Positions 7,672 to 17,237 of a DNA stretch of 28,577 nucleotides are shown piece by piece. Origin of the DNA: Bacteriovoracaceae bacterium (lineage in GTDB: Bacteria > Bdellovibrionota > Bacteriovoracia > Bacteriovoracales > Bacteriovoracaceae); assembly GCA_041586955.1 (NCBI GenBank), contig JBFGZE010000037.1, positions 1 to 28,577 of the forward strand, written 5' to 3'. Numbering within the stretch: position 1 is the first letter of the stretch; the number at the start of each line of letters is the position of its first letter. The notes beneath the pieces were generated by a model. The model was given only the letters and a program-made list of their open reading frames with translations, was not told the DNA's origin and ran no database searches. The translations under genes were made by a program, and so were the position numbers.

Positions 7672-9084
7672 ATGGAAATAGGAAGAGTTATGTGGATTTT
7701 AAGCTTATTAAGTCTTTTAAGTTTTGGGTATGCTGAGGAGTTAACACTAAATCAACTCAAAAATCGAGCAATACAAGATAGTACAGATGTTCAAATTGCG
7801 TATGAAGAATACTATCAAGCACAGCAACAAATTAAAGTGAGTTTAGGCCATGTTGTACCGCGGATAGATATTGAGGCATTTCGCTCCGGCGTCACTATTG
7901 GTGTCCTTGACTCTTTATTACCAACTCCAAGTGATTGGTTTGTCTACAAGGGGAGTCAAGATTTGGCCCAGGCTGAGAAATACGCTGGTCAGGCGATTTG
8001 GCTTAATATCCAATTGGGATTGGCAAAAAATTATTATGCCCTAAAGTTTCAAGAGAAAAATTTAATAGCTGTTACCTCGATTAAACAAATGTATGAGGAG
8101 ATACTCAGTAAATTACGTCCACAGATAGGAATCGGTAACGTGGAACCTATTCTTTTATATGAGATTGAAAGAAAGATTCTTAATTATAAACAACAAGAGT
8201 ACTTGATTAGAGAAACAATTACTCGTCAATACCAAGTCCTTAATGTCCTGCTTAAAAATGATCCCGAAAACGAGCTGACATTCGCCGATATGAAGGAGAA
8301 GGAAATATATAAATTTCCTGAGGATTGGAGAGAGGCCAGTGAAATAGGTCTCGATCATTCACCGGAGGTTATGCAAAGTAAATACCTTTACCGCGCTTCT
8401 CTTAAAACTCGTAAATCGAAATCGTGGGACTTTATCAACTTTCAAGGAGTAGGTTTTGATTATTTTTCCAATGTAAAAATAGCCCGTTCAGAATCTCGGG
8501 TTTTAAAATTAGAGGAAGAAAAAACGCGTAATAGAATTACCAATCAAGTTTTTTCAATATACGAGGAAATGAATTATCTTTTGGCCCGATTGGCGAATTC
8601 TGAATCATTTGTTACATCACAGCGGCATAATTTTGGTGGCATTGAAAGTCGCTTTCAAGCGCATCTCGTTCCCGCAATGGACTATGGGGAGGCCAAGGAA
8701 AAGTTAATTCTTGCTGAAATTGATCATTTGGGAATTATATTTGAAAAATTAGTCAAAGAGGAGGAATTAGCGCGTTTGCTCAATTATCGGCCATCTCTTT
8801 TTATCATCCCACAAGACATTCCTCTTCGCGAGGATATGAATATTGAAGTTTTAACTTATTCACGCCAGGAGAATGGTAAAGAGCGCGTACGCTTTTATCT
8901 ATCCGGTGTTGAATTAGACCAAGTTGACTCCTTTAAGGTGCTGGGGTTAGAGGATGAGTATATGACTAATAGGGCCCGTAATAATTTTAAATTGCGGATT
9001 TATCGCAACAATATTGGAAATAATATTCCATACGAAATTGTATTGAAAACGGGTGATATTATTCATGGGGTGGTTGAGTTATAG
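7672..9084 (+). CDS. TolC-family (outer-membrane efflux protein-like) protein 1, with a C-terminal extension
   Basis: Start re-assigned to ATG 7672 (GGAGG at 7662-66). Signal peptide then ELTLNQLKNRAIQDSTDVQIA...P, two helical OEP-like repeats (YYAL; GLDHSPEV; RFQAHLV..MD). Confidence 0.75.
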   Translation: MEIGRVMWILSLLSLLSFGYAEELTLNQLKNRAIQDSTDVQIAYEEYYQAQQQIKVSLGHVVPRIDIEAFRSGVTIGVLDSLLPTPSDWFVYKGSQDLAQAEKYAGQAIWLNIQLGLAKNYYALKFQEKNLIAVTSIKQMYEEILSKLRPQIGIGNVEPILLYEIERKILNYKQQEYLIRETITRQYQVLNVLLKNDPENELTFADMKEKEIYKFPEDWREASEIGLDHSPEVMQSKYLYRASLKTRKSKSWDFINFQGVGFDYFSNVKIARSESRVLKLEEEKTRNRITNQVFSIYEEMNYLLARLANSESFVTSQRHNFGGIESRFQAHLVPAMDYGEAKEKLILAEIDHLGIIFEKLVKEEELARLLNYRPSLFIIPQDIPLREDMNIEVLTYSRQENGKERVRFYLSGVELDQVDSFKVLGLEDEYMTNRARNNFKLRIYRNNIGNNIPYEIVLKTGDIIHGVVEL

Positions 9085-9122
9085 CGGCTTAAAGTGAAAA
9101 AACGAAAAATGGATAATTAGCA

Positions 9123-9158
9123 CGACTATAGGTCAGTTTTATTACTGGCCTATAGTTG
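9123..9158 (+). other. Intergenic stem-loop without U-tract between the two TolC genes
   Basis: ACTATAGGTCAGT-TTTATT-ACTGGCCTATAGT, 13-bp stem with one G-U, extendable by 2 bp. Confidence 0.7.
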
Positions 9159-9183
9159 AGAGCAGTTAACTGAGGGCATAATT

Positions 9184-10422
9184 ATGAAAATAATAATCTA
9201 TTTAATGACGTCTATTATTATCAATCAAGGGGTAAGTGCTGGAAGTCATCATTTTGATGAATTTGTTAATGGAATGAACCGATCATCAGCACAGGCCCTT
9301 ACATTAGAGGAGATTCAATGGGAGGTAAAGGAGGGGAATAAGGACCAACGGATCGCGGTTGAAAGGATTTATCAAGCAAAGCAGGAGATCAAAAATGCCC
9401 TCTTAGATTTTATCCCGCTGCGTACATCGGACTTTTACACATTCGATAAATTTGAATATTACGGCACCTTATTTGTCGCGAATGCGGTTTTGTCTATACC
9501 GTCAAAATGGTTTGCCTATAAACGGAATAAAAGATTGGCCAAAGTCGAATATTATGGGAGAAAAGCGATTACAGCTAATCTTCAAAAAGAAACGTCCCTT
9601 ATTTATTATGATGTCGTAAAACATCAAATTTTACTTAAATGCCTGATTAAAAATATAGAATTGAATGAGAATATTATTCGCCAAGTATCAATGCGTAATG
9701 ACCTTGGAGAGGATGATCGTGAGACTTTAAATGAGTTAAGATCGGAGCAATTTCATTTGAAAGATACTCTATTGCATGCCCGGCAGTTGGTCTCAAAGGA
9801 AATGATGGCGCTCCGGATTTTGGCCGGAAAAGATCCTGAGTATCCTCTCTTAGAATTGGCAACATCCTTAGATGAAATTAGGCCCAGCGATATTGAGGCG
9901 GACCGAGAAAAACTCTTTCAAAAGGCGCTGGATGATAGTTATGAGTATAAACAGAGTCGTTATTTGGTCAGCGCTATGGCCCATGAAAAAAAATCTGTGA
10001 AATGGTCAATCCTGGGTTTTACTGGTATTGGGTTCAATTATATGGCCCGTGTTCGCTTCGCAAAATCGAATGTCAAAGTGGCCAAGCTACGACGACAACA
10101 TTTGAAAAACCAAATTAGGCATCAAGTTTATACGGAATATGATAATTTATTGATAATGACTAATCGCTTGGCCTGGGATAAGGAGATGACAAAAATTTCC
10201 TCCAAGCAATACCAGGGTATAGTTGAGGCCTTTAATCTTGGTAGTGTCTCTTTGCGTGACCTGTATAAAGCGCAAATTAATTATCTGAAAGATGTCAAAA
10301 ATTATTTATTTTCCTATTATGATTCATTAAAAAAAATGGCCGAATTTGAACGTTTAATGGGGAAAGATTATTTCACCTTTCATGGCCGTTTAGCTATGGA
10401 CAAGAAAGGCGCAGACCACTAA
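9184..10422 (+). CDS. TolC-family protein 2 (paralogue of 7672-9084)
   Basis: ALTLEEI...N.D..IA.E.IYQAKQ; YYDV; FNLGSVSLRDLYKAQ (OEP-type G..s..dl..aq). Shares PSxWFxYK and WxxxxFxGxGFxY with protein 1. Confidence 0.75.
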   Translation: MKIIIYLMTSIIINQGVSAGSHHFDEFVNGMNRSSAQALTLEEIQWEVKEGNKDQRIAVERIYQAKQEIKNALLDFIPLRTSDFYTFDKFEYYGTLFVANAVLSIPSKWFAYKRNKRLAKVEYYGRKAITANLQKETSLIYYDVVKHQILLKCLIKNIELNENIIRQVSMRNDLGEDDRETLNELRSEQFHLKDTLLHARQLVSKEMMALRILAGKDPEYPLLELATSLDEIRPSDIEADREKLFQKALDDSYEYKQSRYLVSAMAHEKKSVKWSILGFTGIGFNYMARVRFAKSNVKVAKLRRQHLKNQIRHQVYTEYDNLLIMTNRLAWDKEMTKISSKQYQGIVEAFNLGSVSLRDLYKAQINYLKDVKNYLFSYYDSLKKMAEFERLMGKDYFTFHGRLAMDKKGADH

Positions 10423-10638
10423 CCCTAAAGGGAAGTTTATGATTACTGAGGGCCTGTAATATGGAGGAGTTGAAGGGTATAATTAAATTGTTATCAGAAA
10501 TTGGACAAGTGTTTGATATTCCGTTTTAATATGATGGGTTTGTGTCTGGGGATGCGGCCATGGATAGAAAGTTTTACAATACCACTGCCCAGAAAAGCAT
10601 AATACGTCCATAATGACACGCGGCGTATGGAGTGATTT

Positions 10639-11157
10639 ATGAATTGGAAATCCGTCTCTTTAACGGCTCCAATGGCCCTTATTGGACAGAAAATATTTAT
10701 GGCCCATCAACTGGGGCTTAAGTCCCTATCATTTGTGGGTGCTGTTAGGGACCGTCAAAAATCAGAGGCGGTCGTGCAAATTGGTGCGCATCTGGCCGAT
10801 GTATATGGTATTAAAGTGGCCATTTTTGATATGGAAAATACAATTGATAGGGATACAAAATGGGGTCCTCTGTCATTTTTTAATCTAGATGATCTTATTA
10901 TGGATCCCAACCAATTAATTATTAACGATAAAATTACCCACCGTTTAATGAATGAATTTGACCTTGTGCTTATTAACTCTAGGGTAAAATTTGGATTAAT
11001 TGAAAGTGCGCCCCCTGAAATACCTCGGGCCTGCGCCCATTTATTCCTTTGTTCTAAGAAATCTCTTAAAGGTCAGATGAATCGACTTCTCTTGGATGAG
11101 CTTAAGGCCGGGGACCATAATGTTCTTGGCGTTGTTAATATTGAAGGGCCGGAATGA
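10639..11157 (+). CDS. Stand-alone, degenerate BY-kinase (Wzc C-terminal/CapB/CpsD-like) domain; probable pseudokinase
   Basis: Topology SLSFVG-AVRDRQKS-helix-GIKVAIFDME...FDLVLINS...LK.....VLGVVN follows CapB/CpsD; overlaps the co-polymerase start (ATGA). Confidence 0.6.
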   Translation: MNWKSVSLTAPMALIGQKIFMAHQLGLKSLSFVGAVRDRQKSEAVVQIGAHLADVYGIKVAIFDMENTIDRDTKWGPLSFFNLDDLIMDPNQLIINDKITHRLMNEFDLVLINSRVKFGLIESAPPEIPRACAHLFLCSKKSLKGQMNRLLLDELKAGDHNVLGVVNIEGPE

Positions 11158-12350
11158 ACGATTCAAAGATCTATATAAAAAACACTTTTGAAATATTACG
11201 ACGCTACAAGATTGTGATATTCTTTTCTTTGGTTATCTGTACTGGATTATCGCTAGAAACGACTCGCTGGCTAAAGAAAAAGTACAAGGCCAGTTTTGTA
11301 ATTAATGTTTATAGTAAGTATTTTGCGAATCCTCTTGTTAATGAAGTGATCCGAGGGGAGTATTCTATTCCTCAAATGCGATTTACGATTGATTCGATGG
11401 TTAAAGAGGCCCTCGACGATGAGTATATCGACTCCATAGGTTACGAATATAGCTTCTACGCAAATAATATGAATAAAAAGCAATTGACCTGGGCACGTAG
11501 TTTTTTACGAGAGCGCTTTAAATTATTTTCGACAGGTGGTCAAAGTTACCAGGTGGACTTTTTCGGGCGTGATCCCATTACAGCACTTGAGATCAGCCAG
11601 AAGACCTTAAAGCACGTCAAAAACTATTTTGTCCAAACTCGGATTATGACCATTGAGAATGTTAAGAAAATTGTCATGAAAAGAATTGAGTCAATGAATG
11701 TTGGACAAAAAATTGAGAAAGATGGCCCTGCAAATCCTTTAGCAAGTATGAGTCCAGATGTTTTGCAGGGAGAGTTGAAAAAAGTTAATAATGAAATTAT
11801 TGCATTGAAAAAACAGTTTAATGGAGAACACCCCTCTGTCCTCAAATTAGAGAAGAGGAAAGTTCAATTGGAAAATTGGCTTTCTGATTATAAACCCGAA
11901 AAGAGTAACTCTAATGAGGACCTCTCATTATCTATTATGAATGTGGATGATAAGGACATTGCTCTTAACCTTTCAAGCCGGCTCTATATCAAGTTTAATG
12001 ATATCAATATGGCCTTGGCCTTAGAAAAACAAAATCTCCCTAGTTATATTGGAGTTATTAAGAGACCAAACTTACCCCTTTATCCCATTTGGCCAAAAAA
12101 ACGCATTTTCGCAAGTGTTGGTTTACTCATGGGGCTAATGATAGCATTTATTTATATTCTTTATCACGAGGTTATGTCAGAGACTCAGGTTGAGGCGATT
12201 GAGTTAATTGCCGAAGAATTGGGAACGGAATTTCTTGGAACCGTCTCTTTAAATCAAACACTCGCTCTCAATCCTCCTCGAGATCATACTATTTATGCTA
12301 GTGGGCCAAGGAAAAAGGCAGATACTTTAATTGACAATAATACTCATTAG
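11154..12350 (+). CDS. Polysaccharide co-polymerase (Wzz/GumC/Wzc N-terminal-like)
   Basis: N-terminal TM after LRRYK, Y.AS motif, periplasmic coiled coil with FNGEHPSV, Pro-rich PNLPLYPIWPKK before the second TM with GxxxG, then EELGTEFLGTV activator-like segment. Confidence 0.8.
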   Translation: MNDSKIYIKNTFEILRRYKIVIFFSLVICTGLSLETTRWLKKKYKASFVINVYSKYFANPLVNEVIRGEYSIPQMRFTIDSMVKEALDDEYIDSIGYEYSFYANNMNKKQLTWARSFLRERFKLFSTGGQSYQVDFFGRDPITALEISQKTLKHVKNYFVQTRIMTIENVKKIVMKRIESMNVGQKIEKDGPANPLASMSPDVLQGELKKVNNEIIALKKQFNGEHPSVLKLEKRKVQLENWLSDYKPEKSNSNEDLSLSIMNVDDKDIALNLSSRLYIKFNDINMALALEKQNLPSYIGVIKRPNLPLYPIWPKKRIFASVGLLMGLMIAFIYILYHEVMSETQVEAIELIAEELGTEFLGTVSLNQTLALNPPRDHTIYASGPRKKADTLIDNNTH

Positions 12351-12358
12351 GAAATGGT

Positions 12359-13789
12359 GTGCAAGATATCTTCGATCTCACATTTTCCTTGCATGAAATT
12401 GGATTTGGCATTCTTGGGGTCTATTTCCTTTTTGATCTTATTAAATACACCGAAGATCTAAAAAAATACCCAATCAACTTAAGAAAAAATATTTTTTTTC
12501 TACTATTAATAAGCGTTATTGGATTGACCGTTTTCCTTGCCCAGGAGTGGTTTGTCTTTGGACCTTTTTTACCGATCGAATTTGCCTTATTAATTACTCT
12601 TAGCTTCCTTCATCCCAAATACGGAGCTTCATTTTTACTCTATGCACTTTTATCGCGACCTTGGGAGGTTTTTGATAATCAATTGATGAGTAGTATGCCG
12701 AGAGATTTATCTTATATTGTTTTACTTTCAATTTTGATGCATAAAATGTGGCGTAAAGAGTTCTATTTGCGTTGGAACCATGCGAGTTCTTGTCTTCTTC
12801 TATATGCGGTGTGGGTCTTTCTCTCTGTTATCACCAGTGGTCATCCTACGAACGGTTTATACGAGTATGGAAATGTTTTTATTAAAGGAGTTGTCCTCTT
12901 CTTTCTATTAACTAATAGTATGAAAGTTAAAAGTGACTTATCCCCGGCGACCTTTGCCCTGGTTCTTTCTATTTTTGAAAAGGGAATTATTTCGTTTTAT
13001 AAGGCATTTATGACAGAGAACTTGGCCGCTGGGGCAAGGCTTGAAAGCATTGGCATTCTCGAAAACAGTAACGACATCGCTGCAATTTTTATTTTGGCCA
13101 TTCCTCTAAGCTTTTCTTTATTTCGCGGTATTAAATTGAAATCCATCCGTTTTTTTCTAAATAGTTTTTTTTCGATTTTTTATCTCGTATTGATCTGGAA
13201 GGCAAAAAGTCGTGGTGCCCTTATTGGGGTTGGTTGTATTGTAATGGCCTACTTTTTTTTAAAAGTCCAGAAAAAATGGATTAAAGTAGTTAGCGTTTTA
13301 CTTGTCGGAATGACGATTGTTTTAGCGAGTAACCTTATTAAAAGAGATGGATCTGACTTAGATGGATCTACCTCTAATCGAATGATTTATTGGAAAGCGG
13401 GGGTTAATATGGCCATTCGCAACCCTCTGTTCGGTGTCGGACTTGCGGGTTACCCACTTTATTTTGGAGATTATGCCATTGATGGAAACCTAGGTAGTGA
13501 AGGTAAGCTTCGGACGATTCACTCCAATTGGTTATTGCCTATGGCCGAATCTGGCCTTCCCGGATTCTTTTTCTATATTTGTTTTTGGGCCTTCGGGCAT
13601 TTGGCAATTAAAAGACAAGCACAGAGTTATCCAGAATTTTATATGGCATTCTTTGGATATGCAGGGACTATTACATTTTTATCACATACCTATTTACTTT
13701 ACGCTTATATTCTCATTGCTCTCATCCTTATGTCAGATCAATTACCTTTGCGATCTAAAAATGAATCTCACCAAAGGGAGCTGGCATGA
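12359..13789 (+). CDS. O-antigen ligase / Wzy polymerase family membrane protein
   Basis: Multi-TM; RL..IG..ENSNDIA, SRGA, R..YWKAG..M...NPLFGVG, IHSNWL...AESG.PG (Wzy_C motifs). GTG start. Confidence 0.85.
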   Translation: MQDIFDLTFSLHEIGFGILGVYFLFDLIKYTEDLKKYPINLRKNIFFLLLISVIGLTVFLAQEWFVFGPFLPIEFALLITLSFLHPKYGASFLLYALLSRPWEVFDNQLMSSMPRDLSYIVLLSILMHKMWRKEFYLRWNHASSCLLLYAVWVFLSVITSGHPTNGLYEYGNVFIKGVVLFFLLTNSMKVKSDLSPATFALVLSIFEKGIISFYKAFMTENLAAGARLESIGILENSNDIAAIFILAIPLSFSLFRGIKLKSIRFFLNSFFSIFYLVLIWKAKSRGALIGVGCIVMAYFFLKVQKKWIKVVSVLLVGMTIVLASNLIKRDGSDLDGSTSNRMIYWKAGVNMAIRNPLFGVGLAGYPLYFGDYAIDGNLGSEGKLRTIHSNWLLPMAESGLPGFFFYICFWAFGHLAIKRQAQSYPEFYMAFFGYAGTITFLSHTYLLYAYILIALILMSDQLPLRSKNESHQRELA

Positions 13790-14934
13790 CAGAAACTCTA
13801 TTGGTCTTTTCCTTATTATGCTTAACTTTTAATTATATTGGCTATCCTATCTCCCTGGCGATAATTGGTATGTTTTCCAAAATTAATAAAAATTATACAG
13901 ATATTCTTCCTCGAGTCGATTTTATGATTGCCGCCTATAACGAAGAAGAATTTATTGCGGAGAAAATTAAAAATACTTTAGAGCTCGATTATCCCAAAGA
14001 TTTAATGAATATTATAATTGTCTCTGATGGTTCACAGGATAAAACTGATCAAATTGTCAGAAGTTTTAAGGACTCTCGGGTGAAACTATTTCGGGTCGAA
14101 GGGCGACAGGGAAAAACTGAGGCGAGAAATATTGCTGTTGCTGCCTCTCAAGCTGAGATTATTGTTTTTTCTGATGCGACAGCAATTTATGAGAAGGATG
14201 CTTTAAGAAAAATAATGCGCCATTTTGGTGATGAGACAGTTGGAATGGTTAGCGGTAATTTAAAATATCAAAATCAACAACAAACTGGGATCGGATTTGC
14301 GACCACACTTTATTGGCGATATGAAAGGCTTATCAAAAAACATCAGGCGAGGCTATGGACTCTGACTGGTTCAGTTGGATGCATTAATGCTTTTCGCCGC
14401 TTGGACTATACTCCTTTACCTGCCCATATTATAGAAGATTTTACCGAACCGTTGATGTTTATTTTAAAGGGAAAAAGAGTTGTTTTTGAAGAAGAGGCCA
14501 TCGCTTACGAAAGAACGACCTCGAAACCATCTCAGGAATTGGTGATGCGCTCTAGGGTCATTAAAGGTGGTCTTCAAGGGATGTGGTTCGCCCGTCAATT
14601 ACTCAATCCATTCCTACATCCTTTGCCCTGCTACCAATTGATTGGGCATAAGATATTGCGCTGGCTTGGCCCTTTCCTGTTACTCACCCTATTCTCTTCT
14701 AATGCTGTATTATGGTGGGAAGATTATTTTTGGTTTTATCACTATCTATTTATGGCCCAATGCCTTTTTTATGGATTAGCTACTTTGGGGCTGGTTTTAG
14801 ATTTTCTGGGAAAGAGAATAGGAATTCTCAGTTTTCCCATGTATTTTTTGGTGGCCAATACCGCGGCGGCCTTGGCCTGGAGAGATGCTTTTCTCCACAG
14901 GAGATTGGCGACCTGGGAAACCAATACTTATTAA
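13786..14934 (+). CDS. Glycosyltransferase family 2 (cellulose synthase-like, membrane-bound)
   Basis: IAAYNEE, LDYP, VSDGSQD, GK..A.N, FSDA, YWRYE, ED motifs; N- and C-terminal TMs; ATGA overlap with upstream gene. Confidence 0.9.
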   Translation: MTETLLVFSLLCLTFNYIGYPISLAIIGMFSKINKNYTDILPRVDFMIAAYNEEEFIAEKIKNTLELDYPKDLMNIIIVSDGSQDKTDQIVRSFKDSRVKLFRVEGRQGKTEARNIAVAASQAEIIVFSDATAIYEKDALRKIMRHFGDETVGMVSGNLKYQNQQQTGIGFATTLYWRYERLIKKHQARLWTLTGSVGCINAFRRLDYTPLPAHIIEDFTEPLMFILKGKRVVFEEEAIAYERTTSKPSQELVMRSRVIKGGLQGMWFARQLLNPFLHPLPCYQLIGHKILRWLGPFLLLTLFSSNAVLWWEDYFWFYHYLFMAQCLFYGLATLGLVLDFLGKRIGILSFPMYFLVANTAAALAWRDAFLHRRLATWETNTY

Positions 14935-14943
14935 GAGGTCATA

Positions 14944-16134
14944 ATGAAAGTATTATGGGTATTACCCAAATGGACATTTCCTGTTAATGATGGTGCTCGG
15001 CATGCTTCATTTTCATTATTATCTCAACTAAAGGGAAATGAAATTGATTTCGATGTTTTGGCAATTGTTCCAGATAAAGAAGAGTGTGATATCGAGCAAA
15101 TGCAGGATGCTGTAGGTTCCACTGAAACTTTTTTAATTAACAGAACGTCAGCACCGACATTCAAAAAAAAATTGTCACTATGGTTAAGCTCTTTTTTTAA
15201 AAATCCTTCAATACCTCTTACTGCGAGTTATTTCTATTCATCAACTATTCATGAACCTATTTCTTGTATTTTAAGGGCCAAGCAATATGATGTTATTGTT
15301 TTAGATGGTTTTCATCTGGCATTTTCCTTTTTACCTTTTATGAAAAGTTTTTCGGGAAATATGATATTGCGATCGCATAATATTGAATCTGACCTATGGT
15401 TTAAAAAAGCGGAGAGAATGAGTTTTCCGATGAGCACGTTTTGCCGCTGGCAAGGAAACCTTTTCCAAAAATGGGAAAAAAAAATACTAGCACTCCTTCA
15501 TAAAACCTTACCTATCTCACAAACGGACCTCCAAACCTATCAGCAATGGGGAGGTGGGGTAGTTGAATTAATACCTCTAGGCCTCCCCTTTTTAACATCG
15601 CGACCTCAATTATTGCCACATGATAATCGCCTACTTTTCCTTGGGCGTTTAGACTGGGCGCCAAATAAAGACGGCCTGAAGTGGTTTTTGGATTATGTTT
15701 GGCCCAAGGCGCTCTCCATCCGCTCAGATTTGAAATTGAGAATAGTCGGGAGCGGTGATAGTGATTGGCTTCATTCTTACGCTGCTCTTCCGGGAGTGGA
15801 AATAATTGGACGAGTTGAAAGGGTCGCACCGTTTTTTGAATGGTGCTCCGCCACTATCGCTCCACTTTTTTATGGTAGTGGTACCCGTATTAAAATTGTC
15901 GAAAGTGTCGCTCATAATCGCTGTGTGATTACTACCCAATTAGGGGTACAGGGAACATCTCTATGTGGGGAAGAGTTTTTTCTCGCCCAGGGAATTGATG
16001 ATTGGGTTAACACTTTAGTTGGGCTTAACAAACAAGATGCCTTTGCCAAAACGAAGGCCGCTAAGGAAAAGCTTGAAAGAGAATTTGACCGGAATGAGAT
16101 TGGACGTCAATTAGTAGAATCACTTAAAACCTGA
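14944..16134 (+). CDS. Glycosyltransferase family 4
   Basis: MKVLWV...FP..DG, HNIES, LFLGRLDWAPN.DGL.WF, PL..GSGTRIKIVE; RBS GAGG. Confidence 0.9.
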   Translation: MKVLWVLPKWTFPVNDGARHASFSLLSQLKGNEIDFDVLAIVPDKEECDIEQMQDAVGSTETFLINRTSAPTFKKKLSLWLSSFFKNPSIPLTASYFYSSTIHEPISCILRAKQYDVIVLDGFHLAFSFLPFMKSFSGNMILRSHNIESDLWFKKAERMSFPMSTFCRWQGNLFQKWEKKILALLHKTLPISQTDLQTYQQWGGGVVELIPLGLPFLTSRPQLLPHDNRLLFLGRLDWAPNKDGLKWFLDYVWPKALSIRSDLKLRIVGSGDSDWLHSYAALPGVEIIGRVERVAPFFEWCSATIAPLFYGSGTRIKIVESVAHNRCVITTQLGVQGTSLCGEEFFLAQGIDDWVNTLVGLNKQDAFAKTKAAKEKLEREFDRNEIGRQLVESLKT

Positions 16135-17228
16135 TCATAAATATATTGGGTTTTTTTAAGCCACTGATCGATACCATATTGTTTTTGAATAAGTATAATT
16201 TTTGCCTGCGCCCCTTGTGCCAAATCCTTATAAGACTCTTTAAATGCTTTTAATATTTCTGGCCAGGAAGCTGGATCTTGAGGAGATAGCAGCAAACCAT
16301 TTGACCCGTGATCAATTAATCGTGGAATTGCTCCAACCTGGGTTGCTAAAACTGGTTTACCGGCGAGCATTGCCTCTAATAAAGTCATAGGAAGCCCTTC
16401 TCTATGACTAGGCATGATGAGCGCATGAGATTTGTCTAAGATTTCACTTGGATCTTTTAAAAAGCCATGCCATTTAAGATGATCGTTTACATTTAATTGA
16501 TGTGCTAAAGATTTAAGGGCCTGCTCCTCTGGGCCACTCCCAATGATATGAGTAATGAATTGGTTTTGATGATCAAGTGCTGCTAGTCCTTTGAGAAAAT
16601 CAGCGAGCCCTTTTTCTTTTGATAAACGTCCGATAAAGGCCAGGTGATAGGGAGGTGGGGGAAGCTCTACTGTCCTGGGTATTGTTTCAGCATGGGCCAT
16701 GTTCTCAATGACCTTTATTTTTGAAGGTTGAAATTGGTGATTTTCGACCAAGTCTTTTTTCATGGATTCACTAACTGTAATAGTGCATGCCAGCCGTTTC
16801 ATAATCACTTTAACGAGACTTTCATAAAATCGTATTTTAAAATTATGGGAGGTGTCTCCATGGTGAGTATGAACAATTGAGGAGGGGAGATTCCAATTGG
16901 CAATGAAAGCGTAAAAAAGGGCCTTATGTCCATGGGTATGGATAATAGAAGGCCTAATCTTTTTTAAGTATTGGCGTAGTTTAAAAAGGCCTGCCATATC
17001 AAATCGATTTTTACAGGGAAAAGGTTGAAAGGTGAGATTATTTTTTTTTAAGATTTCGCTGTAAAAAAGAAAAGGGGCGGTATTGCGCAATTCCTTGCCA
17101 ATGATAAGAGTCTGTGCGATTTGATCCTTTAGACCGCGAAACCCTAAGGAGGTCACCTTTTCTGCCCCACCCCAAGGTCCTGGGAAAAAAAAATGACAGA
17201 CTCGGATTTTAACTTCTTGGTCTGACAA
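16107..17228 (-). CDS. Glycosyltransferase family 4
   Basis: GGAE, IIHTHG, HTHHG, FIGRLSKEKG, PSHREGLPMTLLEAM..GKPVLAT.VG (ExxxxxxxE motif). TTG start 9 nt after the upstream peptidase stop. Confidence 0.9.
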   Translation of the reverse strand: MSDQEVKIRVCHFFFPGPWGGAEKVTSLGFRGLKDQIAQTLIIGKELRNTAPFLFYSEILKKNNLTFQPFPCKNRFDMAGLFKLRQYLKKIRPSIIHTHGHKALFYAFIANWNLPSSIVHTHHGDTSHNFKIRFYESLVKVIMKRLACTITVSESMKKDLVENHQFQPSKIKVIENMAHAETIPRTVELPPPPYHLAFIGRLSKEKGLADFLKGLAALDHQNQFITHIIGSGPEEQALKSLAHQLNVNDHLKWHGFLKDPSEILDKSHALIMPSHREGLPMTLLEAMLAGKPVLATQVGAIPRLIDHGSNGLLLSPQDPASWPEILKAFKESYKDLAQGAQAKIILIQKQYGIDQWLKKTQYIYDQVLSDSTN

Positions 17229-17237
17229 TCGTATTTC

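Noticed and set aside
10462..10530. 22-codon ORF MEELKGIIKLLSEIGQVFDIPF in the TolC2-BYK gap
   Set aside because: Very short, no convincing RBS or motif; cannot be supported without conservation or ribosome profiling.
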